From contig CAVYJN010000006.1 in the NCBI GenBank assembly GCA_963768885.1, positions 373,258 through 437,257 on the forward strand: DNA of 64,000 nucleotides. The letters are read 5' to 3'. Below are positions 36,284 to 47,167 of this stretch, piece after piece. The position numbers were made by a program, and so were the translations under genes. The notes under the pieces were generated by a model, which did not search any database, was not told the DNA's origin, and saw only the letters and a program-made list of their open reading frames with translations. Each line of letters starts with the position of its first letter. Positions within the stretch are counted from its first letter, which is position 1. The stretch is from an uncultured Solirubrobacterales bacterium (GTDB lineage Bacteria; Actinomycetota; Thermoleophilia; Solirubrobacterales; JBBDJG01).

Positions 36284-37827
36284 ATGCGTGTGTCGACGTA
36301 CGGGTCGCGCGGGGACGTGGAACCGACCGAGCATGCGGTGGTGATCGCCGGAGGAGGTCCGACGGGGCTGATGTTGGCGGGCGAGTTGGCGTTGGCGGGG
36401 GTCGACGTCGCCATTGTCGAGCGGCGCGCCGGCCAGGATCTCCCCGGCGTCGCGCGCAGGCGGTCTGCACTCACGCACCATCGAGGTTCTCGATCAGCGC
36501 GGAATCGCCGATCGGTTCCTCTCGCAGGGACAGGTGGCCCAGGTCCAGGGCTTCGCCGGGAGCCGGTTGGACATCAGCGACTTTCCCACCCGGCATCCCT
36601 ACGGGCTCGGGCTGTGGCAGAACCACATCGAGCGCATACTGGCCGGCTGGGTCGGCGAGCTGGCGGTGCCGATCTATCGCGGACGTCGAGGTGACCGGTT
36701 TCGCGCAGGACGACACCGGCGTCGACGTCGAGCTGTCCGACGGCCAGTCGCTGCGGGCGGAATATCTCGTCGGGTGCGACGGAGGACGCAGTCTGATCCG
36801 CAAAGCAGCCGGCATCGAGTTCCCCGGGTGGGATCCGACGACCAGCAGCCCTGATCGCCGAGGTCGAGATGGCCGAGGAGCCGGAATTGGGCATCCGACC
36901 GACGCCCTCGGCATCCATGCCTTCGGCAGGTTGGAGTACGAGATCCGCGACGGCGAGGTGGTCTACAAGGATGAGGGACCGGTACGGGTCATGGTGACCG
37001 AAGAGCACGTCGGAGCCACGAGCGAACCCACCCTGCGCGATCTCAGCGAGGCGCTCATCGCCGTATACGGGACCGATTACGGGATCCACAGTCCCACCTG
37101 GATCTCCAGGTTCACCGATATGACCCGGCAGGCCGCGTCCTACCGCGACAGACGGGTGCTGCTGGCCGGCGACGCCGCACACGTGCATTCCCCGGTCGGT
37201 GGACAGGGCCTCAACACCGGTGTGCAGGATGCGGTGAATCTGGGGTGGAAGCTGGCCCAGGTGGTCAACCGGACATCGCCGGAAAGCCTCCTGGATACCT
37301 ACCACGCCGAGCGCCACCCGGTCGCCGCCCGCGTGCTGCGCAACACGATGGCGCAAGTCGCGCTCAGCCGCCCGCCGACGAGCGCATCGAAGGCCTTGCG
37401 CGACACCGTGTCCGAGCTGCTGAGCATGGACGAGCCGCGCAAGCGGTTCGCCGCGATGTTGTCCGGTCTGGACATTCATTACGACCTCGGCGAGGGACAC
37501 CCGCTGCTCGGACGCCGCATGCCCGATCTCGACCTGGTCACCGCCAACGGCCCGCTGCGGGTCTTCACCCTGCTGCACGATGCCCGGCCGGTGCTGCTCA
37601 ACCTCGGTGAGCCCGGCGGCTTCGACATCACTCCATGGGCAGATCGGGTTCAGTTGATCGACGCCAAATACGTTGGCACGTGGGAGCTTCCGGCACTCGG
37701 GGCGGTCACTGCTCCCACCGCCGTGTTGATTCGGCCCGACGGATATGTGGCCTGGGTGGGAGGCCCAGCCCAGGTGGGGCTCACCGACGCGCTGACCACC
37801 TGGTTCGGACCGCCTGCTGCGGCGTAG
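36284..37827 (+). pseudogene. group-A FAD-dependent monooxygenase (Rox/aromatic-hydroxylase-like), multiple frameshifts, lower GC than its surroundings
   Basis: AVVIAGGGPTGLMLAGELALAGVDVAIVERR (frame of ORF 35378..). GLHSRTIEVLDQRGIADRFL...WQNHIERILAGWVGELAVPIYRG (frame of 36414..). YLVGCDGGRSLIRKAAGIEFPGW...LLAGDAAHVHSPVGGQGLNTGVQDAVNLGWKL...LIRPDGYVAWVG (frame of 36691..). A further double shift lies around 36845-36900, where IAEVEMAEEPELGIRP is readable only out of frame. Confidence 0.8.
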
Positions 37828-37846
37828 CTCATTCTGTTGGGAGGCC

Positions 37847-39277
37847 TCAGCCCTTCACCACACCGAGCGGATGCAGCTGTGCGACGCGCGCGGCCAGGCC
37901 GGCGCGCTCGACGACGGACACGACCTCTTCGACCTCCTTGTAGGCGAACGGCGCCTCCTCCGCCAGCCCCCGGTTCGAGGGACACCGCACGACGATCCCC
38001 TGCTGCACGAGCTCACGCCGCAGCTCCGCGCCCCCGATCCGCTTGCGCGCGGCGGTGCGGCTCATTCGCCGTCCGGCGCCGTGGCAGGTCGTGCCGAAAG
38101 AGCGCTCCATCGCGCCCCGCTGCCCGGCCAGCACGAAGCTGCTCGTGCCCATGCTGCCGGGTATGAACACCGGCTGCCCGACCTCCCGGTAGGCGACCGG
38201 TATCTCCGGCGACCCGGCGGGGAACGCGCGCGTCGCGCCCTTCCGGTGGACGCACACCTCACGCCCGCCGTGGCGCTCGATCTTCGCGACGTTGTGCGCG
38301 ACGTCGTAAACCTGCCGCGTACCGGCTGCGGCTTCGGCCCCCATCACCGACTGCACCGCGCGGCGCACGGCATCCGCGATCGCATGCCGGTTCGCCCAGG
38401 CGAAGTTCGCGGCGGCGGCCATCGCGCCCATGTAAGCGCGGCCCTCGGGCGACGAAAGCGGCGCACAGGCGAGCTGGCGGTCCGGCAGCGTGATCCGATA
38501 GCGCACGAGCGCCGCGTCCATGCGCCGCAGGAAGTCGGTGCAGACCTGGTGCCCGAGGCCACGGGAGCCCGAGTGGATCAACACGGTTGCCTGCCCCTCG
38601 CGCAAGCCGAACGCCGCGGCCGCCACCGGGTCGAACACCCGCCCCACCCGCTGCAGCTCGATGAAGTGGTTGCCGGAGCCCGCCGTGCCGAGCTGGCTGC
38701 TGCCGCGCAGGTGCGCCCGTTCGGACACGCCCGCCGGGTCCGCTCCGGCAAGGCATCCATGGGACTCCGTGAACTCGATGTCTTGCTCGGTGCCGACGGC
38801 GTGGTCCTCGACCAGGGCGCGCGGACCGCTCCGCAGCACACGGTCGAGCTGCGGCCGTGTGAGCGACAGACGCCCGCCGCGCCCGACACCGGCCGGCACG
38901 GCCCGGGAGATCTCGTGGACGAGGGCCTCGCGCCGTTCGCCGAGCTCGTTCGCCCCGAGCGGAAGGGCCAGCAGCCGCACGCCGCAGTTGATGTCGTAGC
39001 CGACGCCGCCGGGGGACACGACGCCGTCCGGCAGCTCGATCGCGGCGACGCCGCCGACCGGGAAGCCGTACCCCTCGTGGATGTCGGGCATCGCAAGCGC
39101 GGCCTCCACGATGCCGGGGAGGGTCGCGACGTTCTCGAGCTGCTCCAGCGACCGGTCCTGCTTGATCGCGTCGAGCTGCTCGCGCGAGCAGAACACGCGC
39201 GCCGGCACGCGCATGTCCTTGCGCGCGGCGGCGGGCACCTCCCAGAGCGTCTCGTCGAGGCGCCGCAGCTCAGACAT
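37847..39277 (-). CDS. rtcB: RNA ligase RtcB
   Basis: 476 aa with MPDIHEGYGFPVGGV, GYDINCGVR, GSGNHFIE, HSGSRGLGHQV and the C-terminal HPLGVVKG. Confidence 0.9.
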   Translation of the reverse strand: MSELRRLDETLWEVPAAARKDMRVPARVFCSREQLDAIKQDRSLEQLENVATLPGIVEAALAMPDIHEGYGFPVGGVAAIELPDGVVSPGGVGYDINCGVRLLALPLGANELGERREALVHEISRAVPAGVGRGGRLSLTRPQLDRVLRSGPRALVEDHAVGTEQDIEFTESHGCLAGADPAGVSERAHLRGSSQLGTAGSGNHFIELQRVGRVFDPVAAAAFGLREGQATVLIHSGSRGLGHQVCTDFLRRMDAALVRYRITLPDRQLACAPLSSPEGRAYMGAMAAAANFAWANRHAIADAVRRAVQSVMGAEAAAGTRQVYDVAHNVAKIERHGGREVCVHRKGATRAFPAGSPEIPVAYREVGQPVFIPGSMGTSSFVLAGQRGAMERSFGTTCHGAGRRMSRTAARKRIGGAELRRELVQQGIVVRCPSNRGLAEEAPFAYKEVEEVVSVVERAGLAARVAQLHPLGVVKG

Positions 39278-39668
39278 CGAGCACGACCGTGGCGCGCCAT
39301 CCGCGATCGACCGGCTCGAAGGCCAGGCGATGATAGGTCGCCGCCTTCACGAGATGCGGCGGGGATGCGGCGCCGAACCCGACGGTTGCGCGAAGCGTCC
39401 CGTCCGTGAGCTCGATCCGTTCGGCCGCGCGTGGGACGAGGCCTTCGACCTCCGCGAGGAACGCCAGCTCGCCGATCCACTCGGCCAGCAGCGCCGCGCG
39501 GTCGTCGGCCGTCACCTCGATCTGCCGGTGCGTCGCGGTCGCGCTGCGCGCCTCGCCGTCCCCGAGCAGCTCTCCCAGGGCGGCGGCGGCTTCCGCGAAG
39601 ACGCCCTCCGGGGTCGAGGCCTCCAGCTCGAGCTCGACCTCACCCGTGTGGTCTCGCCACCGGTACAC
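39270..39668 (-). CDS. archease (RtcB activator)
   Basis: MYRWRDHTGEVELELEASTPEGVFAEAAAALGELL...VKAATYHRLAFEP. It overlaps the rtcB start by 8 nt. Confidence 0.85.
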   Translation of the reverse strand: MYRWRDHTGEVELELEASTPEGVFAEAAAALGELLGDGEARSATATHRQIEVTADDRAALLAEWIGELAFLAEVEGLVPRAAERIELTDGTLRATVGFGAASPPHLVKAATYHRLAFEPVDRGWRATVVLDV

Positions 39669-39674
39669 GCGTCC

Positions 39675-39875
39675 TCATTCGAGGATGAACGTGACCTTCA
39701 GATCCACCCTGAAGCCCGTGATCTTGCCGTTGTCGATCATCACGTTCTGTTCCTTCACCCACGCCCCGCTGATGTTGCGCACCGTTTCGCTCGCCTTGGC
39801 GATCCCCTGCCGGACGGCATCCTCGAAGCTGTCCCCGGATGTCGCTGTGATCTCGGTGACCTTTGCTACGGACAT
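39675..39875 (-). CDS. dodecin-family flavin-binding protein (66 aa)
   Basis: MSVAKVTEITATSGDSFEDAVRQGIAKASETVRNISGAWVKEQNVMIDNGKITGFRVDLKVTFILE. SD AAGGGAG lies upstream of ATG 39875. Confidence 0.8.
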   Translation of the reverse strand: MSVAKVTEITATSGDSFEDAVRQGIAKASETVRNISGAWVKEQNVMIDNGKITGFRVDLKVTFILE

Positions 39876-40052
39876 GACGTGTCTCCCTTGGAGTTGGAGG
39901 ATTGAGTCACCGATTCTCGGGCGGCCGCGCGGAGTCGGGCATCGGGGATTGGCCGACGCCGGCATCGTAGAAACCCCCGATGGGGCGGATGCGCGCCGGG
40001 TCTAGGCTGACGCGGACCGTGCCCCCGGGACCCGATAGCTGATGCCCAGGGG

Positions 40053-42807
<2,755 letters not shown>

Positions 42808-42861
42808 TTTCCGCCGACGCGGCGGCGGAGGAACGCCGATGGCGCGTGGGTTCGCGCCGGA

Positions 42862-42867
42862 TACCTT
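42862..42867 (+). promoter_or_regulatory. candidate -10 (TACCTT) for a leaderless M50 protease mRNA
   Basis: TACCTT, then 6 nt, then ATG 42874. There is no SD. Confidence 0.25.
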
Positions 42868-42873
42868 CTTCCC

Positions 42874-44043
42874 ATGCCGGGCAGCATCAGGGTCGCACGA
42901 GTGGCCGGGATCCCGATCGGGATCCACCCGTTGTGGTTCGCCGTCGTGGCCCTGATCACCTGGAGCCTGGGGGAGGCCTACTACCCCGAGGTGATCGAGG
43001 GCATCGCGCCGCTCGCGGCATACGCGCTCGGCCTCGCGAGCGCCCTGCTGCTGTTCGCAAGCGTCCTGTTGCACGAGCTCGGGCACGCGCTGGTCGCCCG
43101 CCGCTACGGCATCAGGATCGACGAGATCGACCTGTGGCTCCTGGGAGGAGTGGCCGTCATGCGCGACGGCGCGCGCCGGCCCCGGGAGGAGCTGCGGTTC
43201 GCGCTGGCCGGCCCGGCCGTGACCGTCGTCGTCGCGATCGTGTGCGGCGCGCTCGCGCTGCTGCTCTCGTACACGCAGCTGACCGCGGCGCAGGCGCTGC
43301 TCGAGTACCAGGCGGTGGTCAACGTCGCGATCGTCGCCTTCAACCTGCTGCCCGCCTTCCCGCTCGACGGGGGCCGCGTGGCGCGGGCGCTGCTGTGGTC
43401 GCGCAAGGGCGACAAGGTCGCCGCCACGGCGGTCGCCGCGGCGGTCGGCCGGGTCTTCGCGGTCGGGTTCATCGCGCTGGGGGCCATCGCGATCGCGGCC
43501 GGTGTCCCCACCGGGTTCTGGTTCGCGCTGATCGGGCTGTTCCTGCTGCTCGCCTCGCGCGCTGAGCTCCAGCAGGCCCGTATCCAGGAGATCTTCGCCG
43601 GCCGGCGCGCGGAACAGCTGATCTCGCATCCCGCGGTGGTGCTGCCCGGCGATCTGACCGTGGAGGAGGCGATCCGCGACTACTTCGTGCCGCTCGGGTA
43701 CACGGCCTTCCCGGTCGCCGATCTGTCGGGGCGGCCCGTCGGCCTGCTGTCCCTCGGCAGGGTGCAGCGGGTCCCGGCGGCGGAGCGGTCGAGGGTGCGC
43801 GTCGCGGACCTCGCGGACCGGGACCCGGACCTGTTCGTCGGGCAGGACGAGGACGTGGCGGAGGTGCTCGGGCGGCCCGCGTTCGTGCGCGTCGGCCGGG
43901 CGATCGTCGTCGGCCCCTCCGGCGAGGCGAGCGGCCTGCTCTCGATCACCGATGTGGAGCGGGCGGTGCGCGCGACCGTGCTCGCGCCCGGCGGGAACGG
44001 CAACCGCGCAGACACCCGCCCGGTCCGCAGCGCGAAGCGCTAG
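42874..44043 (+). CDS. M50 (site-2 protease family) zinc metalloprotease with C-terminal CBS pair (Rv2625c-like)
   Basis: HELGHALVARRYG (HExxH), LLPAFPLDGGRV, multiple TM segments, and a C-terminal CBS region. Confidence 0.85.
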   Translation: MPGSIRVARVAGIPIGIHPLWFAVVALITWSLGEAYYPEVIEGIAPLAAYALGLASALLLFASVLLHELGHALVARRYGIRIDEIDLWLLGGVAVMRDGARRPREELRFALAGPAVTVVVAIVCGALALLLSYTQLTAAQALLEYQAVVNVAIVAFNLLPAFPLDGGRVARALLWSRKGDKVAATAVAAAVGRVFAVGFIALGAIAIAAGVPTGFWFALIGLFLLLASRAELQQARIQEIFAGRRAEQLISHPAVVLPGDLTVEEAIRDYFVPLGYTAFPVADLSGRPVGLLSLGRVQRVPAAERSRVRVADLADRDPDLFVGQDEDVAEVLGRPAFVRVGRAIVVGPSGEASGLLSITDVERAVRATVLAPGGNGNRADTRPVRSAKR

Positions 44044-44067
44044 AAAGCAAGGCAAGGGAAGCGCGGC

Positions 44068-44817
44068 TTGGACGCGGAGACCCTCGCCTGGATCCTCGCC
44101 GCGGGCGCGGCCACCGGGTTGGGGGGCGTCGCCCTGCTCGCGTTCAGGCGACCGTCCCAGGCGCTGCTCGACAGGCTGCTCGGCTTCACCGCCGGAGTGA
44201 TGCTGGCGGCCACCGCGTTCAGCCTGCTGGTGCCGGCGCTCGACCGGGGCAGCGTTGCCGAGGTGCTCGCCGGCTTCGCGCTCGGCAGCGGCTTCGTCGC
44301 CGTGCTGGATGCGCGCGTCCCGCATGCCCATGCCCGCTTCCACGAGCACGGCCGGCGGGCGGCCGAGGAGTACGAGGCGCGGGCGCGCGCCCGCCTGCTG
44401 CTCGCCGCGCTCACGATCCACAACATTCCCGAGGGACTCGCGGTCGGCCTCGCGTTCGCCGCGGGCGGGAACGAGCTGGGGATCCCGCTGGCGCTCGCGA
44501 TCGGCATCCAGAACATCCCCGAGGGCTTCGCCGCCGCGGCGCCGCTGCTCGCCGCGGGGACCAAGCCGCGGTCGGCGGCGCTGGTCGCGGCGGCCACGGG
44601 CGCCGTCGAGCCGCCCGCGGCGATCTTGGCGTTCGCGGCGTTCGATCTCGCGAGCGGCATGCTGGCCGCCGGTCTCGGCTTTGCGGCCGGCGCGATGCTC
44701 TACGTGATCGTCGACGAGCTGATCCCCGAGAGCCACGCGCGCGGGGGCGAGCTGGGCGCCTCCGTGGCGCTGATGGCAGGCTTCATGCTGATGCTGGCCC
44801 TCGACAACGCCTTCTGA
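44068..44817 (+). CDS. ZIP-family divalent metal transporter (ZupT-like)
   Basis: LLGFTAGVMLAATAFSLLVPAL, HNIPEGLAVGLAF, IGIQNIPEGFAAA. Confidence 0.85.
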   Translation: MDAETLAWILAAGAATGLGGVALLAFRRPSQALLDRLLGFTAGVMLAATAFSLLVPALDRGSVAEVLAGFALGSGFVAVLDARVPHAHARFHEHGRRAAEEYEARARARLLLAALTIHNIPEGLAVGLAFAAGGNELGIPLALAIGIQNIPEGFAAAAPLLAAGTKPRSAALVAAATGAVEPPAAILAFAAFDLASGMLAAGLGFAAGAMLYVIVDELIPESHARGGELGASVALMAGFMLMLALDNAF

Positions 44818-44819
44818 GC

Positions 44820-45593
44820 ATGATCGAAGGAATCCGCGCGCTGCTGCTGGACCTCGACGGGGTGCTCTACGTCGAGGACCAGCCGATCGCGGGCGCCCAC
44901 GCGGCGGTCGAGCGCATGCGTGACCGGTTCGCGCTGCGCTTCGTCACGAACACGACCGCGCATTCGCGCACGCGGACCCTGGACAAGCTGAGCCGCCTGG
45001 GCTTCGCCGTGGAGCCCGGCGAGCTGGTGACGCCCGCTGCGCTCGCCGTGCGCCATTGCCGCGAGCGCGGCCACGCGCGCGTCGCGCTGGTGATGAACGA
45101 GGAGGTGAAGCGCGACTTCGCCGACCTCGAGGAGGCAGGGGACGACGCCGCCGACGCGGTGATCATCGGAGACCTCGGGCCGGCATTCGGCTACGACATC
45201 CTGAACCGCGCGTTCCGGCAGGTATTCGGCGGCGCCGAGCTGATCGCGCTCCAGAAGAACCGCTACTGGCTGCGCGCCGATGGGCTGTCGCTCGACGTGG
45301 GCCCCTTCGTCGCGGCGATCGAGTACGCGACCGGGCGCGACGCCTACGTCGTCGGAAAGCCCGCACGCGGCTTCTTCGAGGGGGTGCTCGGCGATCTCGG
45401 AGTCGACGCGACGGAGGCGGCGATGGTCGGAGACGACGTCGAGTCCGACATCGGCGGCGCGCTGGGGGCGGGGCTCGCCGGGATACTCGTGCGGACGGGC
45501 AAGTACCGCGCGCAGGCCGTCCGTGAGTCGGGCGTCGAGCCAACCGCAACGGTCGCATCGATCGCCGACGTGCCGGCGCTGTTCGGGTCCTAG
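44820..45593 (+). CDS. HAD-IIA family hydrolase (NagD-like)
   Basis: LLLDLDGVLYVEDQPIAGA, FVTNTTAHSR, GKPARGFF, MVGDDVESDIGGA. Confidence 0.8.
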   Translation: MIEGIRALLLDLDGVLYVEDQPIAGAHAAVERMRDRFALRFVTNTTAHSRTRTLDKLSRLGFAVEPGELVTPAALAVRHCRERGHARVALVMNEEVKRDFADLEEAGDDAADAVIIGDLGPAFGYDILNRAFRQVFGGAELIALQKNRYWLRADGLSLDVGPFVAAIEYATGRDAYVVGKPARGFFEGVLGDLGVDATEAAMVGDDVESDIGGALGAGLAGILVRTGKYRAQAVRESGVEPTATVASIADVPALFGS

Positions 45594-45681
45594 CGCGGGT
45601 ACGTACTTTCCACGGCATCAACGGCGGGGGAACTCCGATGGAGCCGCCGCCGATCGCCAATACGGTCTTTCCCGAACGGCG

Positions 45682-45906
45682 ATGATCCTCTCGCGCACGC
45701 ACGGGGAAGGCACGGTCTGCAGAGACGGGATTGCGGACGCGCGGCGCAGGATCCGCGACCTGGCCGATCGGGGCTTCACGGTGGGCGAGATCACGGCCCG
45801 CTTTCGCGGGCCCCTGAGCGAGCCGGAGCACGAGTTCATCTGGCGCATCGCGTGCGCGGAGACGCGCCGCGCCCGCAACGAGCGCCGGATGCGGGTCCCC
45901 GGATGA
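45682..45906 (+). CDS. small hypothetical protein (74 aa), translationally coupled to the following USP
   Basis: This is the ATG 45682 ORF. Its stop overlaps the USP ATG (ATGA at 45903-45906). I recognise no family. Confidence 0.4.
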   Translation: MILSRTHGEGTVCRDGIADARRRIRDLADRGFTVGEITARFRGPLSEPEHEFIWRIACAETRRARNERRMRVPG

Positions 45907-46880
45907 AGGGCGCGCCGGCGGTGTACCGGACCGTGATCGCCGCCCACGCGGGAGACGAGCTTTCCGCGGACGCGCTCGCGCTCGCGCGGCTGGTCGCCGG
46001 CGTGACCGGAGCCCGCCTCCTGATCGCGCACGTGATCCCACCGAGCGTCTCCGCCGCGGACGGGCCCTGGATCGCCCGCCGGCGGGTCCTGCGCGAGCGG
46101 GCGGACGCCGAGCGGCTGCTCGACGGGCTTCGCCGCGAGTCCGCGCCGGAGCTGGAGGTCGAGACCCGCCTGGTCGAGTGCGCATCCGCGGCGCGCGGCC
46201 TGCACGACCTCGCGGAGGCCGAGGGGGCGGACCTGATCGTGCTGGGCTCGTGTCATCGCGGGCCCGTCGGGCGGGTGCTGATGGGCTCTGTCGCCGAACG
46301 TCTGCTCCAGGGGGCCCCGTGTGCGGTCGCAGTGGCCCCGCGCGGCTACTCCGCGCCGGACCCCGAGGGCCTTCGACGGATCGGCGTCGCCTTCGACGCC
46401 TCGCCGGAGTCCAGGGTCGCGCTGCATCACGCAGCGGCGCTCGCCGGCGCCGCCGGCGCCCGGCTGCGGCTGATCGCGGCGGTGGAGCCCGTCGTCTTCC
46501 CCGCGTTCGTGAACGTGCCGGCCGGCGACGCCTACGCGGAGCTGATCCGCACCCGCCGCAAGTTCCTGGAGGACGAGACCGAGTCCGCGGCGGCGGCTTT
46601 GCCGCCCGGCATCCCCGCCGGAACACGGGTGGTCGACGGCAACGCGGTCGACGCGATCGCGACGGCGGCCGGGTACGGCGTCGATCTGCTGGTCGTCGGG
46701 TCGCGGGGCTGGGGCCCGGTCCGCCGCGTCCTGCTCGGCAGCGTCTCGGCGCGGCTGCTCCGAGTCGCGCCCTGCCCCGTGCTCGTCGTGCCGAGGCCGG
46801 CGGACACCGACGAAGCCGTGCCGGGGGGCGAGCCGGCGGCCGAGGCCGAGCGCACGGCCCGAGCGGGGTCGAGAGCGTGA
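45903..46880 (+). CDS. tandem-domain universal stress protein
   Basis: There are two USP repeats. Each ends in GADLIVLGSCHRGPVGRVLMGSVAERLLQGAPCAVAVAP or VDLLVVGSRGWGPVRRVLLGSVSARLLRVAPCPVLVVP. Confidence 0.85.
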   Translation: MKGAPAVYRTVIAAHAGDELSADALALARLVAGVTGARLLIAHVIPPSVSAADGPWIARRRVLRERADAERLLDGLRRESAPELEVETRLVECASAARGLHDLAEAEGADLIVLGSCHRGPVGRVLMGSVAERLLQGAPCAVAVAPRGYSAPDPEGLRRIGVAFDASPESRVALHHAAALAGAAGARLRLIAAVEPVVFPAFVNVPAGDAYAELIRTRRKFLEDETESAAAALPPGIPAGTRVVDGNAVDAIATAAGYGVDLLVVGSRGWGPVRRVLLGSVSARLLRVAPCPVLVVPRPADTDEAVPGGEPAAEAERTARAGSRA

Positions 46881-47167
46881 TGCGATCGAGCCGCGCCTTC
46901 GGGCCGCCCGCGGAACGTGACCTCGCGGCGGCGATCCGGCAGGGCGCCTACCTCACGAACGACGTCGACCTCTTCCGCGTCGTCGCCGTCGTCTCGGGCT
47001 CGAGCGGCCTCAAGGTGATCGAGCTCGAGGATTGCCGCACGCTCGAGGTCCACACCTACTCGGGACCCGGTGTCACGTCGCTCGGCCTCACCCCGGTGAC
47101 GGCCGCCGCGGTCGCCGATTCCCCCGATCGCGAGGCCTACTCCGCGCGCAGCACGTCCGCCACCTGA
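46880..47167 (+). CDS. hypothetical protein (95 aa)
   Basis: ATG 46880 overlaps the USP stop (TGATG). The 3' end overlaps the convergent permease gene by 31 nt. I recognise no family. Confidence 0.35.
   Translation: MRSSRAFGPPAERDLAAAIRQGAYLTNDVDLFRVVAVVSGSSGLKVIELEDCRTLEVHTYSGPGVTSLGLTPVTAAAVADSPDREAYSARSTSAT

Noticed and set aside
45597-45602. GGGTAC, resembling the -10 of SigB/SigF-type stress promoters
   Set aside because: This is a single occurrence. The upstream GTT element is at the wrong spacing (about 12 nt), and the other boxes do not share it.
45163-46626. A 487-aa minus ORF that is extremely Arg/Pro-rich
   Set aside because: It is antisense to the HAD and USP genes and its translation is low-complexity.
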